Shown here: positions 1 to 13,442 of the stretch, piece by piece | How positions within the stretch are numbered: position 1 is the first letter of the stretch | Layout: each line of letters starts with the position of its first letter | Position numbers and translations under genes: made by a program | The notes under the pieces: generated by a model | Databases searched by the model: none | What the model was told of the DNA's origin: nothing | What the model saw: the letters and a program-made list of their open reading frames with translations, nothing else | Assembly (NCBI GenBank): GCA_030390025.1 | Contig: CM059432.1 | Location: 35,900,001 to 35,964,000, forward strand | Length of the DNA stretch: 64,000 nt | Direction of reading: 5' to 3' | Source: Squalus acanthias | Lineage: Eukaryota

Positions 1-113
1 CCACGCAGACACGGGGAGAATGTGCAAACTCCACACAGACAGTCACCCGAGGCCGGATTCGAACCCGGGTCCCTGGCGCTGTGAGGCAACAGTGCTAACC
101 ACTATGCCACCAT
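1..113 (-). mobile_element. tRNA-derived V-SINE (HE1-like) 5' part, truncated by window edge
   Basis: Reverse complement begins GGTGGCATAGTGGTTAGCACTG...GGGTTCGAATCC (pol III A/B boxes), followed by GTCTGTGTGGAGTTTGCACATTCTCCCCGTGTCTGCGTGG. Near-identical to the copies at 18387 and 57289. Confidence 0.8.
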
Positions 114-119
114 GTTCAG

Positions 120-640
120 TCCCGCCTCCATCAGCTTCTGTCCAACCAGTGGGATTTTCCCCTGATTGACCTTGTTAAGCCCGCCCGGCGGGTTTAGCAG
201 GCCAATTAGGGCGAAGCCAGTTGCAGAGCACGTTAGCGTATGACATGTCATCTGTCAAGAATTTTTGAAAGAAGAAATGTCATCGTTTGACAGCTCTGTG
301 AAGCTGTCAAACACTGACATTCTGTGTAGTTTGATGAGTCCTTGTGTTCAGGACTCATCAAACCTTTCTACTTTGCAGAAATCAGATGACTGTTGGATCG
401 GAGGATGCAGCAGCCAGTCTGTGATCTCTACAATGGAGATGTCGGGGACTCTGGCTCCACAGCGGCTGATGGCTGCAGGAAGAAACAAAGGTAAGTTAAC
501 ATTTTCTAACACTTTACACTCACCTCACATACTTACCACTCCACACTTGCACCCATCACTCACCTCTACAGCGCACTTTCAGACCCCTCCAACCCCCGCA
601 GACCCACTGCTCACCTCCTACACCCTTTTGATGGGCTAGT
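120..640 (-). mobile_element. Fragment of the PIF/Harbinger-like non-autonomous element also at 9682-10517 and 52514-53291
   Basis: Shares internal blocks in reverse orientation (TGATTGACCTTGTTAAGCCCGCCC, TTTGACAGCTCTGTGAAGCTGTCAAACACTGAC) with the other two copies. Confidence 0.6.
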
Positions 641-898
641 CCTAAATCACACGGTGCCTTTATCCACTGGGTCACTGGGGGAAGGCCAAATGGTAAGTTA
701 TCTTCAAACCCTGCTCACCCCCCCCTAATGCACATTGAGAAGTGTCTGAAAGGTGCTGAAATTCTTTGAATATTTGATGGAACTGGTTCATGGTGGTCTT
801 ATAGAGGATGTTACAGATCTAGAAAGGGCAAAAGTTACTATTCGACTGTAAGCGGCATCACAGTCGAACTCAATCCTGTCCTCATCCAATATTCACAC

Positions 899-3425
899 GT
901 GTATAACATATTTAGAAAAGATAGAGAGGGGGGGAAAAGGGGAGGTGAAGTAGCTGTACGTATTAGGGATAACATAATGGCAGTAGAAAAAAGTGACGCA
1001 GCTATCAGCAAGACAAAAATAGAATTCATATGGATAGAGATAAAAGATAATAAAGGATCAATCACACTAATAGGTGTAGTCTACAGACCACCTAATAGTG
1101 GAAGGGAGGTGGAGGAAGAACCATACAGACAAATTAGAGAAATTAGTAAAAAACATAGAATAATAATCATGGGGGATTTCAACTACCCCGATATTAATTG
1201 GACAGAAGAGGTCGGTAAAGGGGATAAGGGAATGGAGCTGCTACAATGTCTACAGGATTCTTTTCTAACCCAATATGTAAAAAGCTCAACAAGGGAGGAT
1301 TCACTATCAGATATAGTTATGGGGAATGAGCCAGAGCAGATAAGAGAAGTAAAAGTAGGGGAACATATAGGCAATAGTGACCATAGTATAATACGCTTTA
1401 AGATGATAATGGAGAAGGGCATAAGAATGACAAAAACCAAGTTAATAGATTGGAGAAAAGCTTATTTTGAGGGTCTGAGAATAGAACTTGGGAAGATAAA
1501 ATCGGCAACAATATTGGCAAACAATGTTGTAGAACGACAATGGGAAATATTTAAAACGGTGTTCAACAGAGTGCAGGAAAAATATATTCTGCTAAAAGGA
1601 AAGAACAAACTAAACACTAATGAGACTCCATGGATGAATAAAGACATAAGGAAACAATTGAGGGTAAGGAAAGGGGCATACATTAAGTACATAGACAGCA
1701 GAGGAGTGCATGATAAGAAAGAATACGAAGGGATTAGGAGAGAAGTCAAAAAAACAATTAGGAAGGCAAAGAGGAACTATGAAATTAAATTATCAAGGAA
1801 CATAAACAAAATAGTAAAATATTTTACAGGCACATCAATAAAAAAGGAAGGTTGCGATGGGAATAGGGCCATTAAGGGATGGACAGGACAATACCACAGG
1901 TAATGATAGGGAGCTGGCAGAAATATTAAATCATTATTTCGCTTTGGTATTTACCAGGGAGATAGAACAGGTGGACATGACATTGGATGATGAGATGAGT
2001 AATGAGATAAGTGCATTTAAAATAAAAAAAGGGGATATATTAAATAAACTAATCAAACTCAAAGAGAATAAAAATCCCTGGTTCGGATGGATTGCATCCA
2101 ACCATTTTAAAAGAATCTAGGGAAGAGATAGCAGAGGCATTACTACACATAGTTAATAATTCATTAGAAAAAGGTGTAGTGCCAGAGGACTGGTGGATAG
2201 CTAACATAATACCCATATTTAAGAAGGGGGATAGAACATGTCTAGGGAATTATAGACCAGTCAGCTTAACATTGGTGGTAGGAAAAATAATGGAATCCCT
2301 ACTAAAGGAAAAAATAGAAGAACATCTAGAAACGAAAAGTATAATAATGAATAGTCAGCATGGATTTCAAAAGGGAAAATCTTGCTTGACCAGCCTTATT
2401 GAATTTTTTGAAGAGGTAACAGAGAGAGTAGACAATGGTAATGCAGTAGATGTAATTTATCTAGATTTTCAAAAGGCCTTCAATAAGGTATCCCATAATA
2501 GACTAATGAATAAGGACAGAGAATGTGGAGTCAGGGGACAAGTAGTAGAATGGATTGCTAGCTGGTTTCATGACAAAAAGCAGAGAGTTGCGTTAAAGGG
2601 TAGCTATTCACAGTGGCAGAAGGTGGGTAGTGGTGTTCCACGAGGATCAGTGCCGGGACCACTGTTGTTCACAATTTACATTAACGATTTAGACTTTGGA
2701 ATCAAAACACAATTTCTAAATTTGCGGATGATACCAAATTGGGGGGGGATAATCAATACTGAGGAGGACTGCAACAAATTACAGGAGGACATTAATAAAC
2801 TTGCAGAATGGGCAAATAATTGGCAAATGAAGTTCAACACAGACAAATATGAGGTATTACATTTTGGTAGGAAGAATAGGGAGGTCACTTATCACTTGGA
2901 GGGTGCGAGTCTAGGTGGGGTAGAGGAACAAAGGGATCTCGGAGTACAAATACGCAAATCACTAAAAGTTGCGCCACAGGTTAGCAAGGCCATTAAAAAT
3001 GCCAACCAAGCACTAGGGTTTATTTCTAGAGGGATAGAATTGAAAAATAGGGAGATTATGCTAAACCTGTATCGAACCTTGGTTAGACCACACTTAGAGT
3101 ACTGCGTGCAGTTCTGGTTGCCATGTTATAAAAAGGATATGGAGGCACTGGAGAGGGTGCAGAGAAGATTTACAAGGGTGATACCAGAAATGCGAGGGTA
3201 TACATAACAGGAAAGGATGAACAGTCTGGGTCTCTTTTCTCTTGAAAAAAGAAGGCTGAGGGGTGGCCTAATAGAGGTCTATAAAATTATGAAAGGTTTT
3301 GATATAGTGGATACAGAGAGTGTGTTTCCACTTGTGGGGAGGAGCATAACTAGAGGCCATCAATATAAGATAATCACCAAGAAATCCAATAGGGGATTCA
3401 GAAGAAACTTCTTTACCCAAAGAGT
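899..3425 (+). mobile_element. CR1-clade LINE ORF2 (APE endonuclease + reverse transcriptase), frameshifted and truncated
   Basis: Motifs GVVYRPPNS, IMGDFNYPDINW, SDHSII (APE) and [44 protein letters not shown] (RT), split over ORFs 899-1903, 1857-2120, 2092-3207 and 3217-3456. Confidence 0.93.
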
Positions 3426-4099
3426 GACCTTGGGGATGTGCAGACTCTTGATGTGATGCTTATCACGTATGGGACGGTCTAGTTGGACCTATTTTTTTTT
3501 CCTGTTTACGTTTTCGTGTGCCCATATGTTGAAAGACCTTGAATTGGGAGACTGATGGCTAAGCTGCCTGGGTAATATCAAGAGACAGTGAAATTCTCAA
3601 CGAGAAAGAAAGAAAGCACATCCGAAAGAGTTTGACACCAATAAATTAATTTTGAAGTGTAGCCACTGTTGTTTTACAGGCAAACACAGCAGCCAATTTG
3701 TGTACAGCAAGCTAATGAGATCATGACCAGTTCATGTTTTTTTGGTGGTTTTGGATAAAAGAGGAATGTCAGCCAGAACACTGGGATAACTTCCCTGCAC
3801 TTCTTCAAAAAGATTTCATTGGGTCTTCTACACCCACTTGAACAGGCAGACAGGGGCCGCAGTTCAACGTCTCACTTGAAAGACGGCACCTCCATCAGTG
3901 CAGCGGGACGGCAAGCCTGGATTATGTGCTCAAGTCCTGGAGTGCGGTTTGAAAACCACAACCTTCTGACTCAGAGGCGAGAGTCAAACCGAGTGGAGCT
4001 TTCACAATATGACACATAATTCACAGTAACAGAGGTCTGTTGTATACACTGCTGCCTGCCAGCTGTTTGATTAACCTTTGACCTGTTTGCTTTGCTCAC

Positions 4100-4226
4100 C
4101 AGACCCTGTGCCACCACTCAGACTGTGCAACAGTATGGCCCCACTGTAACTGTCCCGGCGTTCCACCTCTTTCCATGGTGCAGCGAAGCAAACTCTTGTC
4201 ATCCTCTGTCCGCAGTCCATGATGCC
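4100..4226 (-). pseudogene. tubz1: Zeta-tubulin-like gene, coding exon 4 (127 nt), frameshifted as assembled
   Basis: Acceptor tttacag|GG and donor TCTG|gtgagc. The incoming phase-1 frame reads (G)HHGLRTEDDKSLLRCTM; the tubulin-homologous KEVERRDSYSGAILLHSLSGGTGS(G) is in a different frame from ~4172. Confidence 0.8.
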
Positions 4227-4559
4227 CTGTAAATAGATTGTGGCTTGTTAGGCCTCACTGGATCAATATGAATCCTTTGCATACAGTGTAATCCTGTTAG
4301 AATGATCAATATAACCAACTGATCAAAAAAAGTAGCAATCTCTGAATTGTATTGCTGATCAGATGTCTGAACAGTGCTGCTTGGCACTCGCCAGCACTGA
4401 TTAAATAGCTGCTCAGCCTCTTGTTACCCAGCTGAAGCTCAGCCTGTCCTCACCCAAGTGCTGCTCCACCTCTCCACCCTATGCACTATTTAGCTTACAC
4501 TGTTCAGTGGACATAACCTACAAGGGCTTGGGTGTGCATAACTAAGACTGCCTAATTTC

Positions 4560-5190
4560 ACCTCCATAACAACGCCCGTCTCCGCCCTTGCCTCAGCTCA
4601 TCCACTGCTGAAACCCTCATCCATACCTTTGTTACCTCGAGACTTGACTATTCCAACGCGCTCCTGACTGGCCTCCCACATTCTACCCTACGTAAACTTG
4701 AGGTCATCCAAAACTCAGCTGTCCGTATCCTAACTCGCACCAAGTCCCGTTCACCCATCACCCCTGTGCTCGCTGACCTACATTGGCTCCCGGTTAAGCA
4801 ACGCCTCGATTTCAAAATTCTCATCCTTGTTTTCAAATCCCTCCATGGCCTCGCCCCTCCCTATCACTGTAATCTCCTCCAGTCCCACAACCACCCCCCC
4901 CACCCCCCGAGATATCCGAGCTTCTCTAATTCTGCCCTCGAGCATCCCTGATTATAATCGCTCAACCATTGGTGGCCGTGCCTTCTGTTGCCTAGGCCCT
5001 GAGCTCTGGAATTCCCAGCCTAAACCTCTCCTCTTTTAAGATGCTCCTTAAAACCTACGTCTTTGACCAAGCTTTTGGTTCTCCTTATGTGGCTCAGTGT
5101 CAAATTTTTTGTCGTTTAATACTCCTGTGAAGCGCTTGGGGCATTTTATGTTAAAGGCGCTATATAAATACAAGTTGTTGCTGTTGTTGT
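4560..5190 (+). mobile_element. L2-clade LINE 3' fragment
   Basis: Encodes SRLDYSNALL...LHWLPVKQRLDFKILILVFKSLHGLAP; L2-type tail AAAGGCGCTATATAAATACAAGTTGTTG. Confidence 0.85.
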
Positions 5191-5397
5191 TGACTGGATG
5201 GGAAATCTAGCTCCCCTAGTGGCTTACTGGGTAAAAGGATCTTCCAGTGTGTTGAGCCCAAAGGTGGCAGGTTTGATCCCGTCTGGGCTGAGTTACTGTA
5301 ATTGATTTCACCTTAGATAGTAATTGGCCTGGGTTAGGAAGAGAGAGGGGGTAAAAATCAGCCAGGGATTCTCATTGTTGATCACTATACGGTGATC

Positions 5398-6600
5398 GGC
5401 TCCCGACCTCATTACAGCCTTGGTCCAAACATGGACAAAGGAGCTGAATTCCAGAGGTGAGGTGAGAGTGACTGCCCTTGACATCAAGGCAGCATTTGAC
5501 CGAGTCTGGCATCAAGGAGCCCTAGTAAAACTGAAGTCAATGGGAATCAGGGGGAAAACACTCCATTGGCTGGAGTCATACCTAGCACAAAGAAAGATGG
5601 TTGTGGTGATTGAAGGTCAATCATCACAGCCCCAGGACATTGCTGCAGGAGTTCCTCAGGGCAGTGTCCTAGGCCCAACCATCTTCAGCTGCTTCATCAA
5701 TGACCTTCCCTCCAACATTAGGTCAGAAATGGGGATATTCGCTGATGACTGCACAGTGTTCAGCGCCATTCACAACCATGCAACAACGCCTGGACAACGT
5801 TCAGGCTTGGGCTGATAAGTGGCAGGTAACATTCGTGCCACACAAGTGTCAGGCAATGACTATCTCCAACAAGCGAGAGTCTAACCACCTCCCCTTGACA
5901 TTCAACGGCATTACCATCGCTGAATCCCCCACTATCAACATCCTGGGGGTCACCATTGACCAGAAACTTAACTGGATCAGCCACATAAATACTGTGGCAA
6001 CAAGAGCAGGTCAGAGGCTAGGTATTCTGCGGCGAGTGTCTCACCTCCTGACTCCCCAAAGCCTTTCCACCATCTACAAGGCACAAGTTAGGAGTGTGAT
6101 GGAATACTCTCCACTTGCCTGGATGAGTGCAGCTCCAACAACACTCAAGAAGCTCAACACCATCCAGGACAAAGCAGCCCGCTTAATTGGCACCCCATCC
6201 ACCACCTTAAACATTCACTCCCTCCACCACCGGCGTACCGTGGCTGCAGTGTGTACCATCTACAAGATGCACTGCAGCAACTCGCCAAGGCTTCTTCGGC
6301 AGCACCTCCCAAACCCGCGACGTCTTCCATCTAGAAGGACGGGGCAGCAGGCGCATGGGAACACCACCACCTCCAAGTTCCCCTCCAAGTCACACACCAT
6401 CCTGACTTAGAAGTATATCACCGATCCTTCATCGTTGCTGGGTCAAAATCCTGGAACTCGCTACCTAAGAGCACTGTGGGAGTACCATCACCACATGGAC
6501 TGCAGCGGTTCAAGAAAGCGGCTCACCACCACCATCTCAAGGGCAATTAGGGATGGGCAATAAATGCTGGCCTTGCCAGTGACGCCCACATCCCATAAAA
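5398..6600 (+). mobile_element. Second LINE family (CR1/L2 superclade), RT 3' half plus 3' UTR
   Basis: [43 protein letters not shown]; tail GGGCAATAAATGCTGGCCTTGCCAGTGACGCCCACATCCC, whose short 3' ends recur throughout the window. Confidence 0.88.
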
Positions 6601-8152
6601 ACGAATATCCAGTGACCCCTGCTGAAGTGTATACATAGGCCTAGAAATTCATCTCGGGCGGTGGTGCAAAACGGGCAGTATCGGATCGGCCGCCCGTTAT
6701 ACACAGCGCTTGATAATCAGTTCCATTGACTGAAGTGGTCGTCTTTTGTGAGGAACTTTGTCAAATCCCTTTGGATGCCTAAGTATACCACAGTCCACTT
6801 GGACACAGTACTCAGGGTTCAGTCTGACCAGAGCCCTGTACAGTTTGATCATACGTCTTGTGACCTATAGCCTACTGTTTTGGCGATGGAGTCCAACATC
6901 CTGTTAGCTTTGTTGATTGTTACTCTGCATTGGTTAGGACATGTTGAGCATTCAGTCTGCTAAGACTCCTGGATCTTTTTCATCTTCATCCTTAGCTATT
7001 TCAACACCGTTCATGAAGTGAGGGTGCGTTGCCCATTTTCCTTCCTATGTGAAGTATTTCACGCTTGTCTGCTCTGCCCACTTACATATTTTGGCCAACT
7101 CATTCTGCATTTTCTGATCTACCTCCTCAAAATTATCTACCAATTCCAGTTTGGTACCATCTGTAAATTTGACCAATTTACATAAGTTTTTCAATCCAAG
7201 TTGTTGATGTAAATTAGAAACAGTAGTGATCACAACGCTGATCCTTGGGGCGCCCTGCCCAGTAATCCTTCCCTCCCCGCCGGGCTAAACTCCTCTATTC
7301 CCCGTTGCTTTCTACCCTTAAGCCAGTTTCTTATCCCCAAATCTCATAGCTTTCATCTTTGTGCGGAACTTTGTCAAATCCCTTTGGAAGCCTAAGTACA
7401 CCACAGTCCACTTGGGTACAGTGGTGTAGAATAATGGTGATGTAACCAGAGGTTGTGAGTTCAAATCCCAAAGCTCGTCATTTGTGGGCTGGCACCAAGA
7501 AAAATGACCATGGAAGCTGCTGGATTCAACTAAAAACCCAACTGGTTCACTAATGACCTTCAGGGAAGAGAACCTGCTAGCTCTACCTGGTCTGGCCTAC
7601 ACTATGTGGTTGACTCTTAATGTGTTTTGAAATTATTTTTGGAACAGCCTCCCAGAAAAGTCTTTAACGGCTTTATCAATGATCTCCTTCAGGGATGCTT
7701 CCAATCGCAGGAAAGAGCAAAAGTCATGAAACCTATACAAAAGACCATGGCCTGCAGGACAGGACACCAAGGTTTGAAAAAAGAAGATATGAGATACAAC
7801 AACAACAACTTGCATTTATATGCAAGTAGCAGTTAGGTGACACCAAACTTGGTTTTAAGAGCTGTAGATTGTAGGAGGAAGAAAAGGCTGAGTGAGTTGA
7901 AGAACGCCATGGTTTTGAGATCCTGAGAAAGAATGAGTTATAGTCGGAGACAGTGCAATGAGACTTGGTTTCAACATAGTGAGGATGTAGAAAGGAGAAA
8001 GAGTGTGTCGGACATGGTGTTTGGAACTTAGGAGGAACAAGAGGAGAAAAGTGTGGAGAATCACCAATCATAACAGTATTGATAAAATAGAGAGATAAGA
8101 AAGGCTGAGGTCTTTTAGCTTTAAAAGCCTAAATTACTCCTCAGAATCTCAC

Positions 8153-8214
8153 CAAAAGCCCAGTTGTTGCCTCTTCCTCTCAAGCCAACTAAAATGTTTG
8201 AATCTCTGAATGAC
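8153..8214 (-). CDS. tubz1: Zeta-tubulin-like gene, coding exon 3 (62 nt)
   Basis: cgttaaag|G TCA TTC...TGG GCT TTT G|gtgaga encodes (G)SFRDSNILVGLRGRGNNWAF(G), the tubulin GNNWA loop. Phase 2 in, phase 1 out. Confidence 0.9.
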
Positions 8215-9681
8215 CTTTAACGAAATACAAAGGTTATGTCAGTTTAATCGCAATCAGTGCAGCTGGCCAAGTTCAACAGCGGTCAGTCTCAAAGGGCAGT
8301 ACAATCTCCACCACTTACACCGTCCACACTTATCACGGGCAGCCGCCTATATCAGGAAAATGGCGCTAACCATTCGCCATCACCATAGGCGTCAATTACA
8401 CAGGCACAGCTTATAACGTATTAAGCACACCGGCTATTTCGGGCAGTCCAAACAACTATTCACACCTCGTTAAAATGCGATTACCTTAGTGATGAGTCTG
8501 CCATTAAGACCTTTCATGACTTCTGCGACTTGGATCAGGCAGCCTCGCCATTTCCAGTGAGTTATAGGATACAGTAGCCACATGGTCCTGATACTGGACT
8601 AGCAACCAAAAGGTCATGAGTTCAAATCCCACTGTGTTAAGCTGTGAATTTTGAATTCAAATAAATTTGGTCATTTGTGGACTGGTGCCAGAAAAAAATT
8701 GACAAAGACAACTGCCAGGAGGGAACGTACCACCTCTACATGTGACTCCAGTCCAACATCATATTAATGCCCTCATAGAGTCATAGAGTTATACAGCACA
8801 GAAAGAGGCCCTTCGGCCCATCGTGTCTGCGCCGGCCGTCAAGCCCTGTCTATTCTAATCCCATTTTCCAGCACTTGGTCTGTAGCCTTGTATGCTATGG
8901 CGTTTCAAGTGCTCATCGAAATGCTTCTTGAATGTTGTGAGGGTTCCTGCCTCTACCACCCTTTCAGGCAGTGAGTTCCAGATTCCAACCACCCTCTGGG
9001 TGAAAAAGTTTTCCCTCAAATCCCCTCTAAACCTCCTGCCCCTTACCTTGAAACTATGTCCCCTGGTTATTGACCCCTCCACTAAGGGGAAAAGTTCCCT
9101 CAAGACAACTTGGGATGGGCAAATGTGGCCTTGCCAGTGTTGCCCACATCCCAAGAATACATTTTTTTTTAAAGTTGTCAGGCTATTCTGGCTGTGGAGT
9201 TTTACCACAGCTGGGCCTAGTTCTGTGCTCACCCAACATCCACACTGTCCTGCGAAGAGTCACTGGGATCTCGGAGTGGAAACACTGGCTTGAGGCCATG
9301 CAGTGGTGGCCCTGGCTCAATCGGTAGCACTGTAGTCTCTTGAGGAAGAAGGTCATGGGTTCTAGCCCAACCTCAAGACTTGAGCGGATAATCTAGGCTG
9401 ACACTTCAATGCAGTACTGAGGGAGTGCTGCACTGTCAGATGCCCCTTCTGCCCACAGGTGAACATAAAAGATATTTAAAGAAGAGCAGGGGAGTTCTAT
9501 TGGTGTTCTGGTCAACATTTATCCCTCAGCCAACACCTAAAATACAGATTATCTGGTCATTTATCTGGTCATACAAGGCTATGGACCAAGTGCTGGAAAA
9601 TGGGATTAGAATAGCTAGGGCTTGATGGCTGGCGCAGACACGATGGGCCGAAGGGCCTCTTTCTGTGCTGTATAACTCTAT

Positions 9682-10517
9682 GGGCTCGAATTTCCAAGCC
9701 CTGTGGAGGCGGGCTTGGAGGCGGGAAAATTGCAGATTCGGGGGGTACGTACCCATCCCGCCCCCAACCCGCCTCCATGTCAATGTCCCAGGAGGCGGTT
9801 ACCCGACCTGTGCTGGGAGCCGCCTCCCCGAGGCGGGAAGGGGATTAGTGCTAATTAACTGCCTGTTAACAGGTAGTTAACAGGCAGTTTTTTGGCTAAT
9901 CCCTATTTTTAGCCCTGAAGTGTGGGCTGCCTGACGGCTCCAAACCACGCCAAGTTAGCGAGGTGGACCGTGGGTCTGCAGGGTTTGGAGGGGTCGAGAT
10001 GTTCGGTGTACAGGTGAGTGATGGGTGCATGAGTGCAGAGGTAGGTGTGTTTGGTGTGTGTAAAGTGTTTTAATAAGTTTTACTTACCTTTACTTTCTCC
10101 TCCAGGCTTCCTCCCTTCAGGTCTCGGGAGTCCCTCAGCTCACCGGCACAGAAAGCAGAATGGCCGCTGAGCTGTCAAAAGCTGCAGCCTCTGTTTTCTG
10201 GTCTGGAGAGCTCTCTAACTGAGTCTGAGTAGAAGGACTCAAGTTAGAAGACAGATTGTCAGTGTTTGACAGCTTCACAGAGCTGTCAAACGCTGATATT
10301 TCATCTGTCAAAAGCTCTTGACAGATGAAATGTCAATCGCTGACGTCACCAGTATCCAGGTGTCCCTTAATTGGCCTGCTGAGCCCGCTGGGCGGGCTTA
10401 ACAAGGTCAATCAAGGGAAAGTAGCGTGGGTTGGCCACAAATCGATGGAGGCGGAACGACAACCCAAAAAGTGGGAGTCCCGCCTCCATCACGTCCCCAT
10501 TGACAAAATCCAGCCCA
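9682..10517 (+). mobile_element. PIF/Harbinger-like non-autonomous DNA transposon (~830 bp)
   Basis: Ends GGGCTCGAATTT... and ...AAAATCCAGCCC form imperfect TIRs. Colinear with the 52514-53291 copy; no ORF. Confidence 0.6.
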
Positions 10518-10862
10518 GAGACTCTATTGCTGTTTGTGGAACCTTGCTGTGTTCAAATTGGCTGCTGTGTTTCCTACATTACAACAGTGGCTACACTTGT
10601 ATTTCATTAACTGTGAAGCACTTTGGGAGGTTCTGAGGACATGAAAGGTGCTATATAAATGCAGGTTTTCTGTTTCATTGAGATCAACCAACAGCACAGG
10701 CTGGGATCAAACCTTGAACCTTCAGGGTCTGTAGGTGGGCCATTCTGATGCTAAGACATGCTAAAACCATTGGCTGTGGTAATAATTTGTCAATCATACT
10801 TAATCCACAAGAGGAACTTATGTGGAAAGCTCAAATATTAAGTTAAGGAGATTGTTGCATAC

Positions 10863-10958
10863 CCGGTCTTCACTTCCTGGAGCAATCTCCTCACTACTTT
10901 GGGCTCACTGTCCACACACAGGGTGCTCAGCTTCCCACTGGCTGTGTAAAATGGATAC
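10863..10958 (-). CDS. tubz1: Zeta-tubulin-like gene, coding exon 2 (96 nt)
   Basis: ttgttgcag|G TAT CCA...AAG ACC GG|gtatgc encodes (R)YPFYTASGKLSTLCVDSEPKVVRRLLQEVKT(G), with the tubulin VDxEPKV motif. Phase 2/2. Confidence 0.9.
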
Positions 10959-11004
10959 CTGCAACAAGGGATCCCATCACATCTCCAGCACATAAACACA
11001 GTGA

Positions 11005-12015
11005 TAGAATCATAGAATGGTTACAGCACGGAAGAAGGTCATTCGGCCTGTTGAGCCCGTGCCGGCTCTCTGCAAGAGCACTTCAGCTAGTCTCACTCCC
11101 CCGCGCTTTCCCCGTAGCCCTGCAAATATCTTTCCTTTAGATACTTATCCAACTCCCTTTTGAAAGCAGTGATTGAAAATTTCTTTCCTTTAGATAATTA
11201 TCCAACTCCCTTTTGAAAGCCGTGATTGAGTCTGCCTCCACCACCCTTTCAGGCAGTGCATTCCAGATCCTAACCACTCGCTGCGTTAAAAAGTTTATTC
11301 TTATGTCGCCTTTGGTTCTTTTGCCAATCACCTTAAATCTGTGTCCTCTGGTTCTCGACCCTTCTGCCAATGGGAACAGTTTCTCTCTATCTACTCTGTC
11401 CAGACCCCTCATGATTTTGAACACCTCTATCAAATCTCCTCTCAATTTTCTCTGCTCCAAGGAGAACAACCCCAGCTTCTCTAGTCTATCAACGTAACTA
11501 AAGTCCCTCATTCTGGGAATCATTCTCATAAATCTTTTCTGCACCCTCTCTAAAGCCTTTGCATCCTTCCTAAAGTGCGATGCCCAGAATTGGACACAAT
11601 ACTCCAGTTGGGGCCGAACCAGTGTTTTATACAGGTTCATCATAATTTTCACACTTTGTACTCTATACCTCTATTCATGAAGCCCAGAATCCCGTAAGCC
11701 TTTTTAACTGCTTTCTCAACCTGCCCTGCCACCTTCAACAATTTGTTCAGACATAGCCCCAGGTCTCTCTGTTCGTGCACCCCCTTCAGGATTGTACCAT
11801 TTAATTTATATGTCCTCTCCTCATTCTTTCTACCAAAATGTATCACTTCACACTTTTCTGCGTTAAATTTCATCTGCCACGTGTTCGCCCATTTCACCAG
11901 CCTGTCTATGTCTTCCTGAAGTCTATCACTCTCCTCCTCACTGTTCACTATACTTCCAAGTTTTGTGTCATCTGCAAATTTTGAAATTGTGCCCTGTATA
12001 CCCACGTCCAAGTCA
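11005..12015 (-). mobile_element. CR1-clade LINE 3' end (RT C-terminus + tail)
   Basis: SKFADDTKLG, LVRPQLEYCVQFW, RTRGHRFK, VVRIWNALP; ATTCTATG-type tail. Confidence 0.9.
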
Positions 12016-13442
12016 TGTATGGTACTTGCATATTGTTAACTGAACACTAGATGGCCCCCTGAGGGGAGTAAGCACATTGTAGCAATGACACTCCAAGATC
12101 TCTCTTGTATTGCTTTTGTTGGGAAGTCAAAGGAAATAAAAATCAGGAGAGGTGTAAATCGGGCTGCCAATTCGCTATCGCCCGTTTTACACTATTGCAC
12201 AATGTCAAAATCTACCCAAACACGCCGCCATATATTGTACACACTGGGAAATAAACCATTCTGTGGTCTGGCAGAGAACAGATCCCGACCTCAAGCTGCT
12301 CCTGCAGTAATTTCATTCACTCCCTGCCAGCACATGCTGGATCTCGGAGCTGGGATTAAAAAACCCCTTGGATCTGCGGTGGAAAATGAACAAAGGACCT
12401 GCAGAGTTAACGGCACAGCTATCCTGTGGTCTACTCTGGGCGGCTTGCCATTTCAGTGCACTTACTGGAGTCATAACTGTCGTACTATCAATCACAGTGC
12501 TCGAACTACTGCTCCCTTCACTTCCAAGGCAGGAGGAAATGCATCAGAGAAAGCAGCAAGATCCTAGTCAACAAAGTAAAGAGCAGATTACATTCAGGAT
12601 TTGAATTTTTCAACTTCCTGTCCTTAGAGAAAGAAAAGAAAGAAAGAACTTACGTTTCTATAGCACCGTTCACAACCTCAGGACATCACAAAGCGCTTCA
12701 CAACCAATGAAGTACTTTTGAAGTGCAGTCACTATTGTAAACTGGGGAAACACAGCAGCCAATTTGCGCACTGCAAGGTCCCACAAACAGCAATGTGGTA
12801 CTGGCCAGAGACTCTGTTTAAGTGATGTTGGTTGCGAGCTAAATATTGCCCAGGACAGCAGGAGAACTCCCCTGCTCTCCTTCAAAATAGTGCTGTGCCA
12901 TCTTTTAAGTCCACCTGAGAGGGCAGACCCGAAACATGGCACCTCCGATAGTGCAGCACTCCCTCAGTACTGCACTGAAATACCAGTCGAGATTATGTGC
13001 TCAAGTCTCCGAATTGGGGCTTAGAACCCACAATCTTCTGACTCAAAGGTGAGAGTTCTACCACTGACACCAGAGCAACATACAAAACCGAGGGCAGGAA
13101 AATTCAGCTGGTCCATTGAGCCTGTCCTACTGGGTTGCAGTACAATCCCATGAGCACCAGAGGCCTTCGGGTACATCAATCAACTGGCCACTCTTCAAGA
13201 GTGAGCCTCGACCAGAGGTTCCCAAACTTTAATTATTGCCTACGCCCTTCCAGATCTACCAGCTGCCCGCGTACCCCTACCAGTATACAGGTTTAATATT
13301 TTAACCCCTTTAATGCCCAAGCATTGTACAAAATGTACAAATTATAATACACATAACAACTTAGTGTACAGTGATTAGAAGTGAGGGTTCTGTACGTCAT
13401 CATCTCTGTGTATCTGTGTTCTCATTGGCATATCGTGAAGTC

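Noticed and set aside
899..3425. Active autonomous LINE
   Set aside because: Several frameshifts and stops; no ORF1 and no 3' tail.
4165..4200. Rescue of the tubulin frameshift by an internal acceptor or programmed ribosomal frameshifting
   Set aside because: The frame-restoring AG I found (AAGAG|TTTG) lacks a pyrimidine tract and gives a non-homologous peptide; no recognisable slippery site or stimulator is present.
7627..7836. Short ORFs on both strands in unique-looking sequence, with an acceptor-like tcctgcag on the minus strand
   Set aside because: No recognisable homology, and it is not needed because the tubulin exons at 8153 and 4226 join directly.
12085..12604. 160-aa and 78-aa plus-strand ORFs
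   Set aside because: They partly overlap a MITE fragment and show no domain or credible exon structure.
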